Of a stretch of DNA of 64,000 nucleotides, positions 20,879 through 31,835 are shown piece after piece. Below the pieces are notes generated by a model. That model ran no database searches. It saw only the letters and a program-made list of their open reading frames with translations, and was not told the DNA's origin. The stretch is from Dehalococcoidia bacterium (GTDB lineage: Bacteria; Chloroflexota; Dehalococcoidia; SHYB01). The DNA is taken from the NCBI GenBank assembly GCA_965248515.1, contig CBDFJU010000002.1, positions 767,688 to 831,687 on the forward strand, given 5' to 3'. Position 1 is the stretch's first letter. Each line of letters starts with the position of its first letter. The position numbers and the translations under genes are program-made.

Positions 20879-21971
20879 ATGATGACCGCGATATCCGGCG
20901 AGCCGCTACTCGGCCCAGGCCTGCTGCTGCGGGCCGTCCTCGATGGGCCCGGCGGGCCCGGCCCCGACGTCCATCTCTTCTCCAGGGCCCGCTACGCCCT
21001 CGCGAGCTACCTGGAGAGTGAGGGACTCACGCGGGGCACGCTGTACGTCCCGGCCTACATCTGCGCCGAGGCGGTTGCCGGCCTTGGGGCAAAATGGCCC
21101 CAGCGTTCGCTACTACCCCGTGGGCAAGGACCTGACCCCGGACTGGGCCTGGCTTGGCGACCAGGAATTCGGCGACCGCGACTCATTGCTCCTCGTGCAC
21201 TATTTTGGCTTCCCCAACGACCTGGACCGCGCGCTTGATCTCTGCGGCGAGCGCGGCCTGCGACTCATCGAAGACTGCGCCCACTCGTTTCTGACAACTC
21301 GGGAAGGGAGGGCGATCGGCACCTTCGGCGATGCCGGAATCTACGCCTATCACAAGCTTCTGCCCATCCCGGACGGCGCGGGCCTGTCCCGCCGGTCGGA
21401 AGGAGCGGCGGCAGGGATGGGGCCGGCGCCACGCTCCGGGCTTTCCGAGAGCCGCGCCATCGCTCGTCAACTGGTGAAGTTCGGGATCTATCGCGCGGGG
21501 CTCGCCCGACCATTGCTCTACCGGCTGCGGAACGGGCACGACTCGGCGGGCCAATCGGCCGCCGGGGCCGAGCGCGGTATCTCCAGGGCTTCGACGCGGT
21601 TGCTGGGGGAGCTTGCGAGGCAGTTCGACCGCATCGTCGTTCGGCGTCGGGCCAATTACCAGGCCCTGGCTGTGGCGTTTCGGGACTTCTCCGAGGCCGC
21701 ACCGCTGTTCCCCGAACTCGACGACGGCGTCTGTCCTTACGCCTTCCCCGTCCAGGTCGAGCACCGATCGCGGATCGTCGGCCTCCTGCGACGCGAGGGG
21801 ATTGCCGCATACCGGTGGCCCGACCTGCCAGCGGAGGTAGCGGGGAGCGCGGACTTCCCGAACGCCAACCGGCTGGCCGACCGGGTGATGCTATTGCCGG
21901 TCCATCAGGACATAGGACTGAAGCAGGTCGCTCGGATTGTGGCCGCTTACTTGAGGGTGCGTTCCGAATGA
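20879..21971 (+). CDS. DegT-like PLP-dependent protein, frameshift in G4 run at 21086-21089
   Basis: FSRARYAL, VPAYIC (ORF 20879) joins VHYFGFP, IEDCAHS, HKLLPIPDG, LLPVHQ (ORF 20943..21971). Confidence 0.72.
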
Positions 21972-23050
21972 GCGAAGGGCCCGCCGCAGCGTCGCCGCTG
22001 GTGAAGGCCGCGTACAAGGCGGCATTGAGAGGCTACTACTACTCTGGCCTCGCTGCGGCGCATCGAGGCCTGGGCCGGCGACAGCGGACGTGCACCATAT
22101 TGCTCTACCACGGCGTCAGCGACGCGCCGGACTGGGACGAGGAGCTGTTCGACGGCAGGTTCGTCTCGACGGCGGACTTTCGACGCCAGATCCGCTTTCT
22201 CAACCGCCATTTCGATGTCATGTCGCTGCGGGACGTCGTGGCCCACATCGAGAGCGGCGCCCCATTTCGGCGGCGGTCGGCGGCGGTCACCTTCGACGAT
22301 GGCTACCGCAACAACCTCGACGTGGCCCATCCCGTGCTCCGGGAGTTCGGGGTTCCCGCCACCTATTTCGTAGCCACGGATTTTATAGGCGGCGCCCGTA
22401 GGCCGTGGTGGGACAGAGTGCAAGAGATGGTGCACCCCTCTCGGAGCCTCGGATCGGCGAAGGTGACGGTCGATTCCACCGGAACTAGCCCCTATGACCT
22501 CGCCACCCGTGCCGACCGTCGCCGGCTCTATCTCGAGGTTATGAGGGCGATCCAAGCGACGCCCTCTGACGAGCAGTCGGTGATGGAGGGCCTGGAACGC
22601 ACCCTCGGTATTCCGGAGGGCCCGGGGGAAACCAACGCCTTCGTGGACTGGGAGGGGCTGCGCGCAGCGTCATCCGAACCCCTGGTGGAGATTGGCGCGC
22701 ATACGGGTTCCCACCCCCAGCTCTCGAGCCTGTCTCGGCAGGAGGCCGGCGACGAGGTCGCGACGTCGAAACGATCCCTCGAAGACGCCCTCGGCGTCCC
22801 GGTAACCTCCTTTGCCTATCCCTACGGCACCCGGGCCTCGTACACCGACGAGACGGTCGATCTCGTCAAGGAAGCCGGCTTTTCCTGCGCCCTGACGGGA
22901 ATCGAGGGCAACGTGGACGAGCGGGCGGACCCGTATCAGCTTCGCCGCGTCTCCATATTGGGCAACGACCGGTGGCCGGACTTCGTGGTAAAGGTCCTGG
23001 GCGCGAGCGCGGCCTTTCGCCGGGCCTCGTCGAGGATGAGAATTGCTTGA
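21968..23050 (+). CDS. Polysaccharide deacetylase (CE4/NodB)
   Basis: ILLYHGV, VTFDDGYRNN, IGAHTGSHP, FAYPYG. Confidence 0.9.
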   Translation: MSEGPAAASPLVKAAYKAALRGYYYSGLAAAHRGLGRRQRTCTILLYHGVSDAPDWDEELFDGRFVSTADFRRQIRFLNRHFDVMSLRDVVAHIESGAPFRRRSAAVTFDDGYRNNLDVAHPVLREFGVPATYFVATDFIGGARRPWWDRVQEMVHPSRSLGSAKVTVDSTGTSPYDLATRADRRRLYLEVMRAIQATPSDEQSVMEGLERTLGIPEGPGETNAFVDWEGLRAASSEPLVEIGAHTGSHPQLSSLSRQEAGDEVATSKRSLEDALGVPVTSFAYPYGTRASYTDETVDLVKEAGFSCALTGIEGNVDERADPYQLRRVSILGNDRWPDFVVKVLGASAAFRRASSRMRIA

Positions 23051-24194
23051 CGCGGCGAAGCGCTCAGTCGCCGACGTCCGTCGGATCTCCGACGACAAGG
23101 AGTTCCTCGAACTGGGGCCGCGTTGGCGAGAGCTCGAGGAGCGCTCGGGCCCTCTCAACCCGTTCCTCTCGTTCGAGTGGCTCTCCTCATGGTGGCACGC
23201 TTTCGGCGAGGGCCACCGGCTGTGCGTGCTCGTCCTCGAGCGGGATGGCGTCTGGATGGCCCTGGCGCCGCTTATGCTGCTCCGCCGGCGCGGCTTTACC
23301 ACGCTGCAGTTCATCGGGAGGCCCTTCTCCGACTACAGCGATTTCCTTATCGCCGGTGATCGTGAATCGAGCATCGCCGAGATTCTGAGCTTCTGCGATC
23401 GCGAGGTCGCGTGGGACAGGATTGAGCTCGACGGTGTGCTCGAGTCCGCCGCGAACCGTCCCGTGTTCGAATCCCTTTGGAAACAGCGGCCCGGCATCGC
23501 GAGGGTCAAGTCGGATTTGGTGGCACCCTATATTCCGATCCGGGAGCCCTGGTCGACGTATCAAGCGGGACTGCGAGCGAAACTGTTCAGCGATGGCCGG
23601 CGCCAGCTCCGCCGCCTCGAGGCGCAGGGCGAGGTGGCGTTCGAGCGGTGCGACGATCTCGACACGGCGCTGTGGACGATAGGCGAACTCGAGACGCAGA
23701 AGTCGTCTCGCTACCAGGACACAGGGGCGAGAAACATTTTTGGCGGCGGGCGTTTGCGGACCTTTTTTGAGGACGTTGTGAGGGCGCTCTGGGACCGGGG
23801 CGTCGTCGACGTTTCGCGAGTAGTGCAGAACGGGACAACCCTGGCTCTCCACTTCGGCTTCAAGACCAATGATCGGTTCTTCTACTACATGCCAAGCTTC
23901 GACGACCGCTATCGGAGCTTCTCGGTGGGCCGTCTCCTCAACGCCCACCTGATCGAACGCGCTTTCGAGGACGGCCTGCGGGAGTTCGACTTCCTGCCCG
24001 GGGACGACGCGTACAAATACGACTGGACGAGCCAGAGGCGCCAGGTCTACAGCTTCGTCTCGTACCGGTCGTCGGCGAAGGGCATGGCCCTCTTCGGGGG
24101 CCAGGAGCTGGCCATGGGAACGCTGAGAGGATCGTCACGGGCGCGAGGGCTGGTGCGGTGGCTGCGCCGGCTCACGGCGGGACTCAGGTGCTGA
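23043..24194 (+). CDS. GNAT-family (CelD/BcsL-like) acyltransferase
   Basis: PFLSFEWLSSWW, SDYSDF, RRQLRRLE, SVGRLL, EFDFLPGDDAYKYDW. Confidence 0.82.
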   Translation: MLDAAKRSVADVRRISDDKEFLELGPRWRELEERSGPLNPFLSFEWLSSWWHAFGEGHRLCVLVLERDGVWMALAPLMLLRRRGFTTLQFIGRPFSDYSDFLIAGDRESSIAEILSFCDREVAWDRIELDGVLESAANRPVFESLWKQRPGIARVKSDLVAPYIPIREPWSTYQAGLRAKLFSDGRRQLRRLEAQGEVAFERCDDLDTALWTIGELETQKSSRYQDTGARNIFGGGRLRTFFEDVVRALWDRGVVDVSRVVQNGTTLALHFGFKTNDRFFYYMPSFDDRYRSFSVGRLLNAHLIERAFEDGLREFDFLPGDDAYKYDWTSQRRQVYSFVSYRSSAKGMALFGGQELAMGTLRGSSRARGLVRWLRRLTAGLRC

Positions 24195-24198
24195 CCCC

Positions 24199-25344
24199 AT
24201 GCATATCGGTATCAACGCGACCTACCAGCTGCGAGGGGGCGGCCTGAACCACCTGCGGCGCCTGCTCGGCCAGTGGGGCTCCGAGGACGCCCGTAAAGGG
24301 CATCGCTTCACGGTGTTCACGAGGAAAGACAACGTGCCGTTGATAGAGGACGTCTCGGGCGGTTGGTCCACCGTACGGGTGGTGGACACGTGGCGCTTCA
24401 GCGTCGCCGCCAAGCTCGTCTGGGAGCAGGTGGCTTTCCCCAACCTGCTGCGCCGCACAGGCGTGGACGTTGTTTACTGCCCAGGGGGCATCGTGCCCCT
24501 CTTCGCGAGCGTCCCATCCGTCGTCCTCTTCCAGAACATGGGCCCGTTATGCCCCTCGGTGAAGCGGTCGAGCGTGGGCTTGTTCTACTCGGTCTGGTTC
24601 GCCGCCGTGGGGCAGATGATGGCCCGCTCGGCGCGCCGAGCCGCCAGATGTGTCACCGTCTCTCATCACGCCCGCGAGGAGGTCTGCCGCCACTTCGGGG
24701 TCCCGGAGGAGCGCTGCGACGTGATCTACCACGGCCGCGACGGGGCCGAGCCCGACGCCGTGACGCCTGCAGACCAGGGGATTTCCGGTAGGTATGCGCT
24801 TTGCGTGTCGCACTTGCACCCCCATAAGGCCCTGCGTGAGCTCATCATGGGGGTCGACCTGGCCAGCGAGACGTTCCGGCGTCGAGGCCTGAGGCTAGCG
24901 ATCGTCGGTGAGTCCAGGGGGGCCTCCTACGAACGTGGGCTACGCGCCCTGATCGAGAAGCGAAGGCTGGGCGACGTGGTGCATCTCGCTGGGGGTCTAC
25001 CCCACGGCGCGGTTCGCGACGCGATACGCGGCTGCGAGTTCTTCGTCTTCCAATCCACCTGCGAGAGTTTCGGCCTCCCGCTGGTCGAAGCCCTCGAGGC
25101 GGAAGCGCCGATCTGCTCGTCGGATGCGAGCGTGATGCCCGAGATCGCCGGCGACGCCGCGCTGTACTTCGACCCCACGGACCCCGTTTCCATTGCGGCT
25201 TCGCTGACAAAGATGGCCGAAGAGGGAGAGTTGCGGGAGCGGCTGAGCGCTGCGACAAGGGCGGAGGTCGCCAAGTTCCCAACCTGGCGAGAGGTGGCCG
25301 ACATGACCATCGACTCGTTGGAGAGGGCGGTCGCCGCTGCGTGA
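24199..25344 (+). CDS. GT4 glycosyltransferase
   Basis: HPHK, FVFQSTCESFGLPLVEA, MPEIAGDAA. Confidence 0.88.
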   Translation: MHIGINATYQLRGGGLNHLRRLLGQWGSEDARKGHRFTVFTRKDNVPLIEDVSGGWSTVRVVDTWRFSVAAKLVWEQVAFPNLLRRTGVDVVYCPGGIVPLFASVPSVVLFQNMGPLCPSVKRSSVGLFYSVWFAAVGQMMARSARRAARCVTVSHHAREEVCRHFGVPEERCDVIYHGRDGAEPDAVTPADQGISGRYALCVSHLHPHKALRELIMGVDLASETFRRRGLRLAIVGESRGASYERGLRALIEKRRLGDVVHLAGGLPHGAVRDAIRGCEFFVFQSTCESFGLPLVEALEAEAPICSSDASVMPEIAGDAALYFDPTDPVSIAASLTKMAEEGELRERLSAATRAEVAKFPTWREVADMTIDSLERAVAAA

Positions 25345-26575
25345 AGATTCTTCTCCTCACGCAGCTGTATCATCCAGAGCCGGAGTTGAGGAATCATCAA
25401 CTGGCCCGGGGTCTGCTCGAGCGAGGCCACGAGGTCGAGGTCGTCACCGCCTACCCCAACTACCCCAGCGGGCACATCTACCCCGGCTACAAGATGCGGG
25501 CGTGGAGCAGGGAGCGCGACCACGGCGTGCCGGTGCTCCGTCTTCCCACTACGCGAACCACAGCCCGTCGGGCGTCCTTCGCGGGCTCAGCTATCTTTCG
25601 TTCTTTATGTCGGCGTCCGTGCTCGGGACGGTGCTGTCGAAGAGGCCCGACTTGGTGTTCGTCTACCACCCTCCGTTGAGCACCGGCCTGGCCGGCCTCT
25701 GCCACCGGTGGGTGAAACGCGTCCCCTTCGTGCTGGACATTCAGGACATGTGGCCGGAGAGCCTTTCGGCCACTGGTGTGGTGCGCAACGGTGCGGTGTT
25801 GAGCGGCATCGAGGCCGTGGCGGGCTTCCTGTACAAGCGGGCGGCTGCGGTCACGGTCATTTCGCCCGGTTTCAAGCGATTGCTGGTCGGCAAGGGCGTG
25901 CCGGAGGACAAGGTCAGCGTGATCCACAACTGGGTCGACGATGCGCTGTTCCGGCCCGTGGAGCCTGACCCTGCATTGGCATCAGAGATCGGGATGGCGG
26001 GGCGCTTCAACGTCCTCTACGCGGGGAACATGGGGCCGGCGCAGGACCTCGCCAACGTGCTCGATGCAGCAGCACTTCTCCGGGACTTGCCGGAGCTCCA
26101 GTTCGTCTTCGTCGGCGACGGTGTCGAGCGCGACGGGTTGGTGAGCAAGGCGAAGGAGCTGTCGCTGGAGAACGTCCGTTTCCTCCCGAGGGTGCCGGTC
26201 GAGCGCATACAGGGCCTGAGCGCGCTGGCCGGAGCCGTGCTGGTGCATCTGGCGGACAGGCCGCTGTTCGACGTCACCATCCCGGGCAAGACGCAGACCT
26301 CCCTGGCGTCGGGTCGCCCTATCGTGGCCGCGGTGGCGGGCGATGCCGCCGGCCTCGTGCGACAGGCGGGGGCGGGGTTGATCGCGAAGCCGGGCGATCC
26401 CAACGACCTCGCGGCGCGCATCAGGGAGCTTTACGTAATGCAGCCGGAACAACGCGAGGCGATGGGCGCCGCGGGTCGGGAGTTCTTTTTGAAGAACCTG
26501 AGCCGCGATGTCCTGCTTGACCGCTTTGAAGCGCTGTTCGATGAAGTCGTTCACAAAAACCGAAGGGCGGCCTAG
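25341..26575 (+). CDS. GT4 glycosyltransferase (WbuB-like), frameshift near 25546
   Basis: MKILLLTQLYHPE, AYPNYPSG joins DIQDMWPES, YAGNMGPAQDL, TIPGK (ORF 25502..26575). Confidence 0.85.
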
Positions 26576-26604
26576 CCTCGGGCTTCGGCCGCCGGGAGCG
26601 TGAT

Positions 26605-27525
26605 ATGAAGATCCTCGTCACCGGAGGCCTGGGCTCTATCGGCCGGGCCCTTACCGAAGAGCTTGGCAAACGCGGCAACGAGGTGTGGGGCTGCGACCTG
26701 GCCCACAGCAACCTCGATACCTATATGCGCTGCGACGTGCGCCACCTGCGCCAGGTCGAGCGCCTGTTCGACGCCCACTCTTTCGACTACGTCTATCACC
26801 TCGCCGCCGAGTACGGGCGCTGGAACGGTGAGGACTATTACGAGAACCTCTGGCTGACCAACGTGGTGGGCACGAAGAACATGCTCACCGTGCAGCAGAA
26901 GCACGGCTTTCGCATGGTCCACTTCAGCAGTGCCGAGGTCTATGGCGACTACGACGGTGTGATGACCGAGTCCGTTATGGACGAGATCCCGATCAAGCAG
27001 ATGAACGACTACGCCATGACGAAATGGGTCAACGAGATGCAGGTGTTGAACTCGGCGGAGATGTTCGGTACGGAAACGGTGCGCGTGCGTCCGGTGAACG
27101 TCTACGGTCCCGGCGAGCCCTACACCCCCTACCGCGGTGTGGTGCCGAACTTCATCTACAAGGCGCTCACCGGTCAGCCCTATACCGTGTACAACGGACA
27201 CAAGCGCATCTTCGACTACATCGACGACACGGCCCGCACCATCGCCAACATCTCGGAGAACTTCAAACCCGGCGAAGTCTACAACCTCGGGGCGAAACCG
27301 GACTGGGAGTGCGACATCAAGCGTATCTCGGACCTGGTGCTCGGGCATCTCGGCCTCGACGACTCCAAGGTCACGTACAAGGAGGGCGAGCCCTTCACGA
27401 CCCGCGTGAAGACGATCGACTCGAGCAAGGCGGTCCGGGACCTGAAACACGACCCGCAAGTGCCGGTCGAAGTGGGCATCCCACGCACCGTCGACTGGAT
27501 GAAGTGGTATTATCGAATTGACTGA
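26605..27525 (+). CDS. NAD-dependent epimerase/dehydratase
   Basis: LVTGGLGSIG, YAMTK (YxxxK), NVYGPGE. Confidence 0.9.
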   Translation: MKILVTGGLGSIGRALTEELGKRGNEVWGCDLAHSNLDTYMRCDVRHLRQVERLFDAHSFDYVYHLAAEYGRWNGEDYYENLWLTNVVGTKNMLTVQQKHGFRMVHFSSAEVYGDYDGVMTESVMDEIPIKQMNDYAMTKWVNEMQVLNSAEMFGTETVRVRPVNVYGPGEPYTPYRGVVPNFIYKALTGQPYTVYNGHKRIFDYIDDTARTIANISENFKPGEVYNLGAKPDWECDIKRISDLVLGHLGLDDSKVTYKEGEPFTTRVKTIDSSKAVRDLKHDPQVPVEVGIPRTVDWMKWYYRID

Positions 27526-27539
27526 AGGAGGTCGCCTGC

Positions 27540-28577
27540 ATGCCCCTTTATGACGCCTCTGGGTACTCCGGCAAACGCGTCCTCGTTACCGGAGGGGCCG
27601 GCGCCATCGGGAGCAACCTGACCCGAGCCCTCGCCGAGGCTGGCGCCCATGTCCAGGTGCTGGACGACCTCTCCTCCGCGACCCGCTGGAACGTCCCGTC
27701 CCTCCCCAACGTGCTCTTCGTCGAAGGCGACGTCCTCGACGAGGTAAAGCTCAAGCGCGTCTTTTTCGAGCGGCCGGCTATCGTCTTCCACCTGGCGGCC
27801 TTCTTCGCCAACCAGAACTCGGTGGACCACCCCGAGCGAGACCTCGATGTCAACGGCAAAGGCACCCTTCGCCTGTTGGAATATGGGCTCCTCTCCGGCA
27901 TAGACCGGTTCGTCTACGCCTCGTCGGGATGCTCGATCTACGGTAGCGACGCGCCCCTCCCCCTCACCGAAGACTTCATGTCGATGCACCTGAGCACGCC
28001 CTACCAGATCACGAAGATGGTCGGCGAGCTCTATTGCAACTTCTTCCAGGACCACCATGGCCTCAAGGTCGTGAAGCCTCGCTTCTTCAACTCCTACGGA
28101 CCGGGCGAGGTCCCGGGTGAGTACCGCAACGTCATTCCGAATTTCATCTATTGGGCTATGCGAGGGCAGCCCTTGCCGGTTACCGGAACGGGCGAAGAAA
28201 CCAGGGACTTCACCTACGTCGGCGACATCGTCGACGGCCTGCTTCGTGCCGGCGACATGGAGGCGGCCGTTGGCGCGGAGTTCAACCTGGCCTCCGGCGC
28301 CGAGACCCGGATCGTAGACCTGGCTGACATGGTCAACGCGCTGACTGACAACGACGCCGGGATCGCCTTTGCGGAACGGCGCAAGTGGGACACCAAGAGC
28401 CGTCTGCTCGCCTCCATCGACCGTGCCAGGGACCTGCTGGGCTACAATCCCGCGACGCCTTTCGAGGTCGGGCTCAAGACGACGGTGCAATGGTTCCGCG
28501 ACAACTGGGACGTGATCGAGGCCTCGGCCCGCTTCAAGCCCGGCGTCTCATCGGCGATCCGGAGCAAGGTGAGCTGA
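27540..28577 (+). CDS. NAD-dependent epimerase/dehydratase
   Basis: LVTGGAGAIG, YQITK, FFNSYGPGE, TRDFTYV. Confidence 0.9.
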   Translation: MPLYDASGYSGKRVLVTGGAGAIGSNLTRALAEAGAHVQVLDDLSSATRWNVPSLPNVLFVEGDVLDEVKLKRVFFERPAIVFHLAAFFANQNSVDHPERDLDVNGKGTLRLLEYGLLSGIDRFVYASSGCSIYGSDAPLPLTEDFMSMHLSTPYQITKMVGELYCNFFQDHHGLKVVKPRFFNSYGPGEVPGEYRNVIPNFIYWAMRGQPLPVTGTGEETRDFTYVGDIVDGLLRAGDMEAAVGAEFNLASGAETRIVDLADMVNALTDNDAGIAFAERRKWDTKSRLLASIDRARDLLGYNPATPFEVGLKTTVQWFRDNWDVIEASARFKPGVSSAIRSKVS

Positions 28578-28612
28578 TCGGCCCGAGTGCGGCGGCCTTG
28601 GCGGACTCTTCA

Positions 28613-29251
28613 ATGAACACGCGCTTTTCGCTCGTGATGAAACGTGCCATCGATCTGACGGTCGCGATTGTCGTCCTGATCCTGGCGTCTCCGCTGGTGC
28701 TGGCCCTCGCGCTCCTGGTCCGTGTGATACTGGGCGCTCCGGTGCTGTTTCGCCAGCAGAGGCCCGGACGGGGAGGCCGGCTCTTCACGATCTACAAGTT
28801 CCGCACTATGAGCGACAAGCGCGACGAGGGCGGCGAGCTGTTGTCCGACGAGCAGCGCATGGTCCCGTTTGGGACGCTACTGCGCAAAACGACCCTGGAC
28901 TCCCTCCCCGAGTTACTGAACGTGCTCAAAGGCGACATGGCCGTCGTCGGGCCTCGTCCGCTTCTGCCCGAGTACCTCGAGCTGTATACCCCCGAACAGA
29001 TGCGGCGGCACGAGCTCCGACCTGGCATGGCGGGGCCCGTTGTCATGGGCGGACGCAACGCGCCGAGCTGGGACGAGAAGTTCCGGTTGGACGTGTGGTA
29101 CGTGGACAACTGGTCGCTCTGGCTCGACGCCAGGGTGTTCTTCGCGGCGCTCTGGAAGGTGCTCAAGCGAGAGGGTGTGAGCGCCGAAGGGCACGTCACC
29201 GCGCCAAAATTCCAGGGTTCGCGTGGCTCCGGCGAGGGCCAAACACGATGA
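28613..29251 (+). CDS. Monotopic phosphoglycosyl transferase (PglC-like sugar transferase)
   Basis: MKRAIDL, FRQQRPG, YKFRTM, LLNVLKGDMAVVGPRPLL, LDVWYVDNWSLWLD. Confidence 0.9.
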   Translation: MNTRFSLVMKRAIDLTVAIVVLILASPLVLALALLVRVILGAPVLFRQQRPGRGGRLFTIYKFRTMSDKRDEGGELLSDEQRMVPFGTLLRKTTLDSLPELLNVLKGDMAVVGPRPLLPEYLELYTPEQMRRHELRPGMAGPVVMGGRNAPSWDEKFRLDVWYVDNWSLWLDARVFFAALWKVLKREGVSAEGHVTAPKFQGSRGSGEGQTR

Positions 29252-29886
29252 CGAACGTGCTCGTGATCGGCGCCGGAGGGCACGGTCAGGTTGTCGCCGA
29301 CATCCTGCTCCGGGCTCGCGATGCGGGTCACAAGGTCCGTCCCATCGGTTTCCTCGACGACGACGCGACCGTTGTGGGCTCGAATGTAATGGGCCTGCCA
29401 GTGCTGGGCACCGTGGCCCAATCGGCGAATTTCGATTACGACGCCATCGTCGTCGGCATCGGCGACAACGCTGCCCGCAAGCGGTTCTGCGAGCAGTTGA
29501 CGGCGCGGGGCGAGCGCCTGGTTGCTGCGGTCCATCCGGCGGCCGTCGTCGCGCCCGACGTGCGGCTCGGCGAGGGGGTTATGATCTGTGCCGGCGCGGT
29601 CGTCAACCCCGGGACGGTTGTCGGCGAGAACGCGATATTGAATACCGGTTGCTCCGTGGACCACCACAACGACATCGGCGCTTACGCCCACATCGCGCCG
29701 GGCGTTCGGCTCGGCGGGGAGGTCTCCGTTGGCGAGGAGGCCCTGGTGGGCATCGGTGCGATCGTTATCCCGGGCGTCTCGGTGGGACCGCGAAGCGTGG
29801 TCGGCGCGGGAGCCGTCGTGATCCGCGACGTGCCGCCGGATGTCACGGTGGTCGGCAACCCGGCGGGGGAGCCGCGTCGTGACTAG
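29248..29886 (+). CDS. Sugar N/O-acetyltransferase (PglD/NeuD family)
   Basis: IGAGGHG, GFLDDD, GIGDNAAR, hexapeptide repeats, VVGNPA. Confidence 0.9.
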   Translation: MTNVLVIGAGGHGQVVADILLRARDAGHKVRPIGFLDDDATVVGSNVMGLPVLGTVAQSANFDYDAIVVGIGDNAARKRFCEQLTARGERLVAAVHPAAVVAPDVRLGEGVMICAGAVVNPGTVVGENAILNTGCSVDHHNDIGAYAHIAPGVRLGGEVSVGEEALVGIGAIVIPGVSVGPRSVVGAGAVVIRDVPPDVTVVGNPAGEPRRD

Positions 29887-29893
29887 GCAGCCT

Positions 29894-31069
29894 ATGACGC
29901 GTATTCCCATGTCGGGCCCCGACCTGACGGACGCCGAAACCCAGGCCGTGTTGCGAGTAATGGAGACTCAGTCCCTTGCTCTGGGACCGCGGCTCCGCGA
30001 GTTCGAAGAGCTTTTCGCCGATCATGTCGGAGCCCGGTTCGCCGTCGGTGTCTCCAGCGGCACCGCGGGACTACACCTGAGCGTGCTGGCCGCGGGCATC
30101 GGCGAGAGCGACCTGGTCATCACCACTCCCTTCTCCTTCGTCGCCTCCGCCAACGTGATGCTCTATGAACGCGCCGTGCCCCTCTTCGTGGACGTTCGTG
30201 AGGACACGGGATGTATCGACCCCGGCCTCGTCGCCGAGGCCGCTGACGACTTGATGCGCGGCGGTAAGCCGGCTGCCCGATGGCTACCGCCGGCGCTCAG
30301 GGAGCAGAAAGGCCTTCCCCTGAAGGGCGTGCTGCCTGTCGACGTGTTTGGGCAGCCCGCCGACTTCGACCCGATAGCGGACGTCGCCAGCCGGCATGGG
30401 CTGACCGTCATCGAGGACGCGTGTGAGGCCGTTGGCGCTGGGTACAAGGGGCGGCCGGCGGGCGCGCTCGGAGACATCGCGGTGTTCGGCTTCTATCCCA
30501 ACAAGCAGATGACCACCGGCGAGGGGGGCATCGTCGCGACGGACCGGGAAGACTGGGCCGCGCTCGTGCGCTCGCTCGCAAATCAGGGCAGGGACGAGAC
30601 GTCGAGCTGGCTGGACCACGTTCGTCTGGGCTACAACTACCGTCTGGACGAGCTCAGCGCCGCCCTCGGGGTCGCCCAGCTCAACCGCATCGAAGAGATT
30701 CTCGTCAAGCGGGCCCAAGTTGCTGCCTGGTATTCCGAGCGTCTGACGGGGGTCGAAAGGGTACGTACGCCGGAGGTTGTCCCGGACACGACGCGGATGT
30801 CCTGGTTCGTGCACGTCGTGCGCATCGAGCCGCCGCTGCAGCGCGACGAGGTGGCCCGAACGCTTGCCAACCGAGGCATCGACAGCCGCGTCTACTTCCC
30901 GCCCATCCATTTGCAGCCCTTCTACGTGGACCGGTTTGGCTACAAGCCGGGCGATTTTCCCGTAACCGAGCGACTGGGCGCAACCAGCCTCGCGCTCCCC
31001 TTCTCTGGCGTCATGACCGAGGACCAGGTCGACTACGTTTGCGAGGTCCTGGGCGAGGCGCTGTCTTAG
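29894..31069 (+). CDS. DegT/PglE-like sugar aminotransferase
   Basis: SSGTAGLHL, IEDACEA, FYPNKQMTTGEGG, GYNYRLDE. Confidence 0.92.
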   Translation: MTRIPMSGPDLTDAETQAVLRVMETQSLALGPRLREFEELFADHVGARFAVGVSSGTAGLHLSVLAAGIGESDLVITTPFSFVASANVMLYERAVPLFVDVREDTGCIDPGLVAEAADDLMRGGKPAARWLPPALREQKGLPLKGVLPVDVFGQPADFDPIADVASRHGLTVIEDACEAVGAGYKGRPAGALGDIAVFGFYPNKQMTTGEGGIVATDREDWAALVRSLANQGRDETSSWLDHVRLGYNYRLDELSAALGVAQLNRIEEILVKRAQVAAWYSERLTGVERVRTPEVVPDTTRMSWFVHVVRIEPPLQRDEVARTLANRGIDSRVYFPPIHLQPFYVDRFGYKPGDFPVTERLGATSLALPFSGVMTEDQVDYVCEVLGEALS

Positions 31070-31070
31070 C

Positions 31071-31835
31071 ATGCCCACGGTCGCCTACATCCCGGTCCGC
31101 ATGGGCTCCTCGCGCTTCCCGGGAAAGCCTCTGGCGCCCATCCTCGGAATGCCCATGGTGGAGCACGTCTACCACCGCACACGTCTCTGCAGCGCCCTCG
31201 ATGAGGTGTGCGTCGCAACTCCCGATGACGAGATCCGGGAGGTCGTCGAGGGCTTCGGCGGCCGGGTGATCATGACCTCGCCCGACCACCAGAGGGCGAG
31301 CGACCGGGTAGCGGAGGCCATGGAGACGGTTCCCGCAGACATCGCCGTGATGGTCCAGGGCGACGAGCCGATGGTGCACCCCGATATGATCGCCGCCGCC
31401 GTCGCCCCGTTCGACGAGGACCAGAACGTTGGGTGCGTCAACCTGGTGCAACGGATCGAGAGCGAAAGCGAGTTCGAGGACACGAACACCATCAAGGTCG
31501 TCATGGATCGTAAGGGGAACGCGCTCTACTTCTCCCGAAAGCCCATCCCGTTTCGGCGTGAGGAACGGATTCCGGGGCTCCATCTGTACAAGCAGGTCTG
31601 CATCATCCCCTTCACCCGGGACGCGCTCTTGCTCTTCGGCCGTCTCGACCCGACACCCCTTGAGGTGGCTGAGTCGGTAGACATGATGCGCTTCCTGGAG
31701 CACGGCTACGGCGTCAAGCTCGTCGAGTCACCGTACCCCACCCACGCAGTCGACACCCTCGACGACCTGCGGCTTGTCGAAAAGCTGATGCGGGACGACT
31801 CGTTGCTCGTGAAATACCGAAGGACAAAGACATGA
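31071..31835 (+). CDS. kdsB: 3-deoxy-manno-octulosonate cytidylyltransferase family
   Basis: IPVRMGSSRFPGKPLA, VQGDEP, ALYFSRKPIP, LEVAESVDMMRFLEHG. Confidence 0.8.
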   Translation: MPTVAYIPVRMGSSRFPGKPLAPILGMPMVEHVYHRTRLCSALDEVCVATPDDEIREVVEGFGGRVIMTSPDHQRASDRVAEAMETVPADIAVMVQGDEPMVHPDMIAAAVAPFDEDQNVGCVNLVQRIESESEFEDTNTIKVVMDRKGNALYFSRKPIPFRREERIPGLHLYKQVCIIPFTRDALLLFGRLDPTPLEVAESVDMMRFLEHGYGVKLVESPYPTHAVDTLDDLRLVEKLMRDDSLLVKYRRTKT

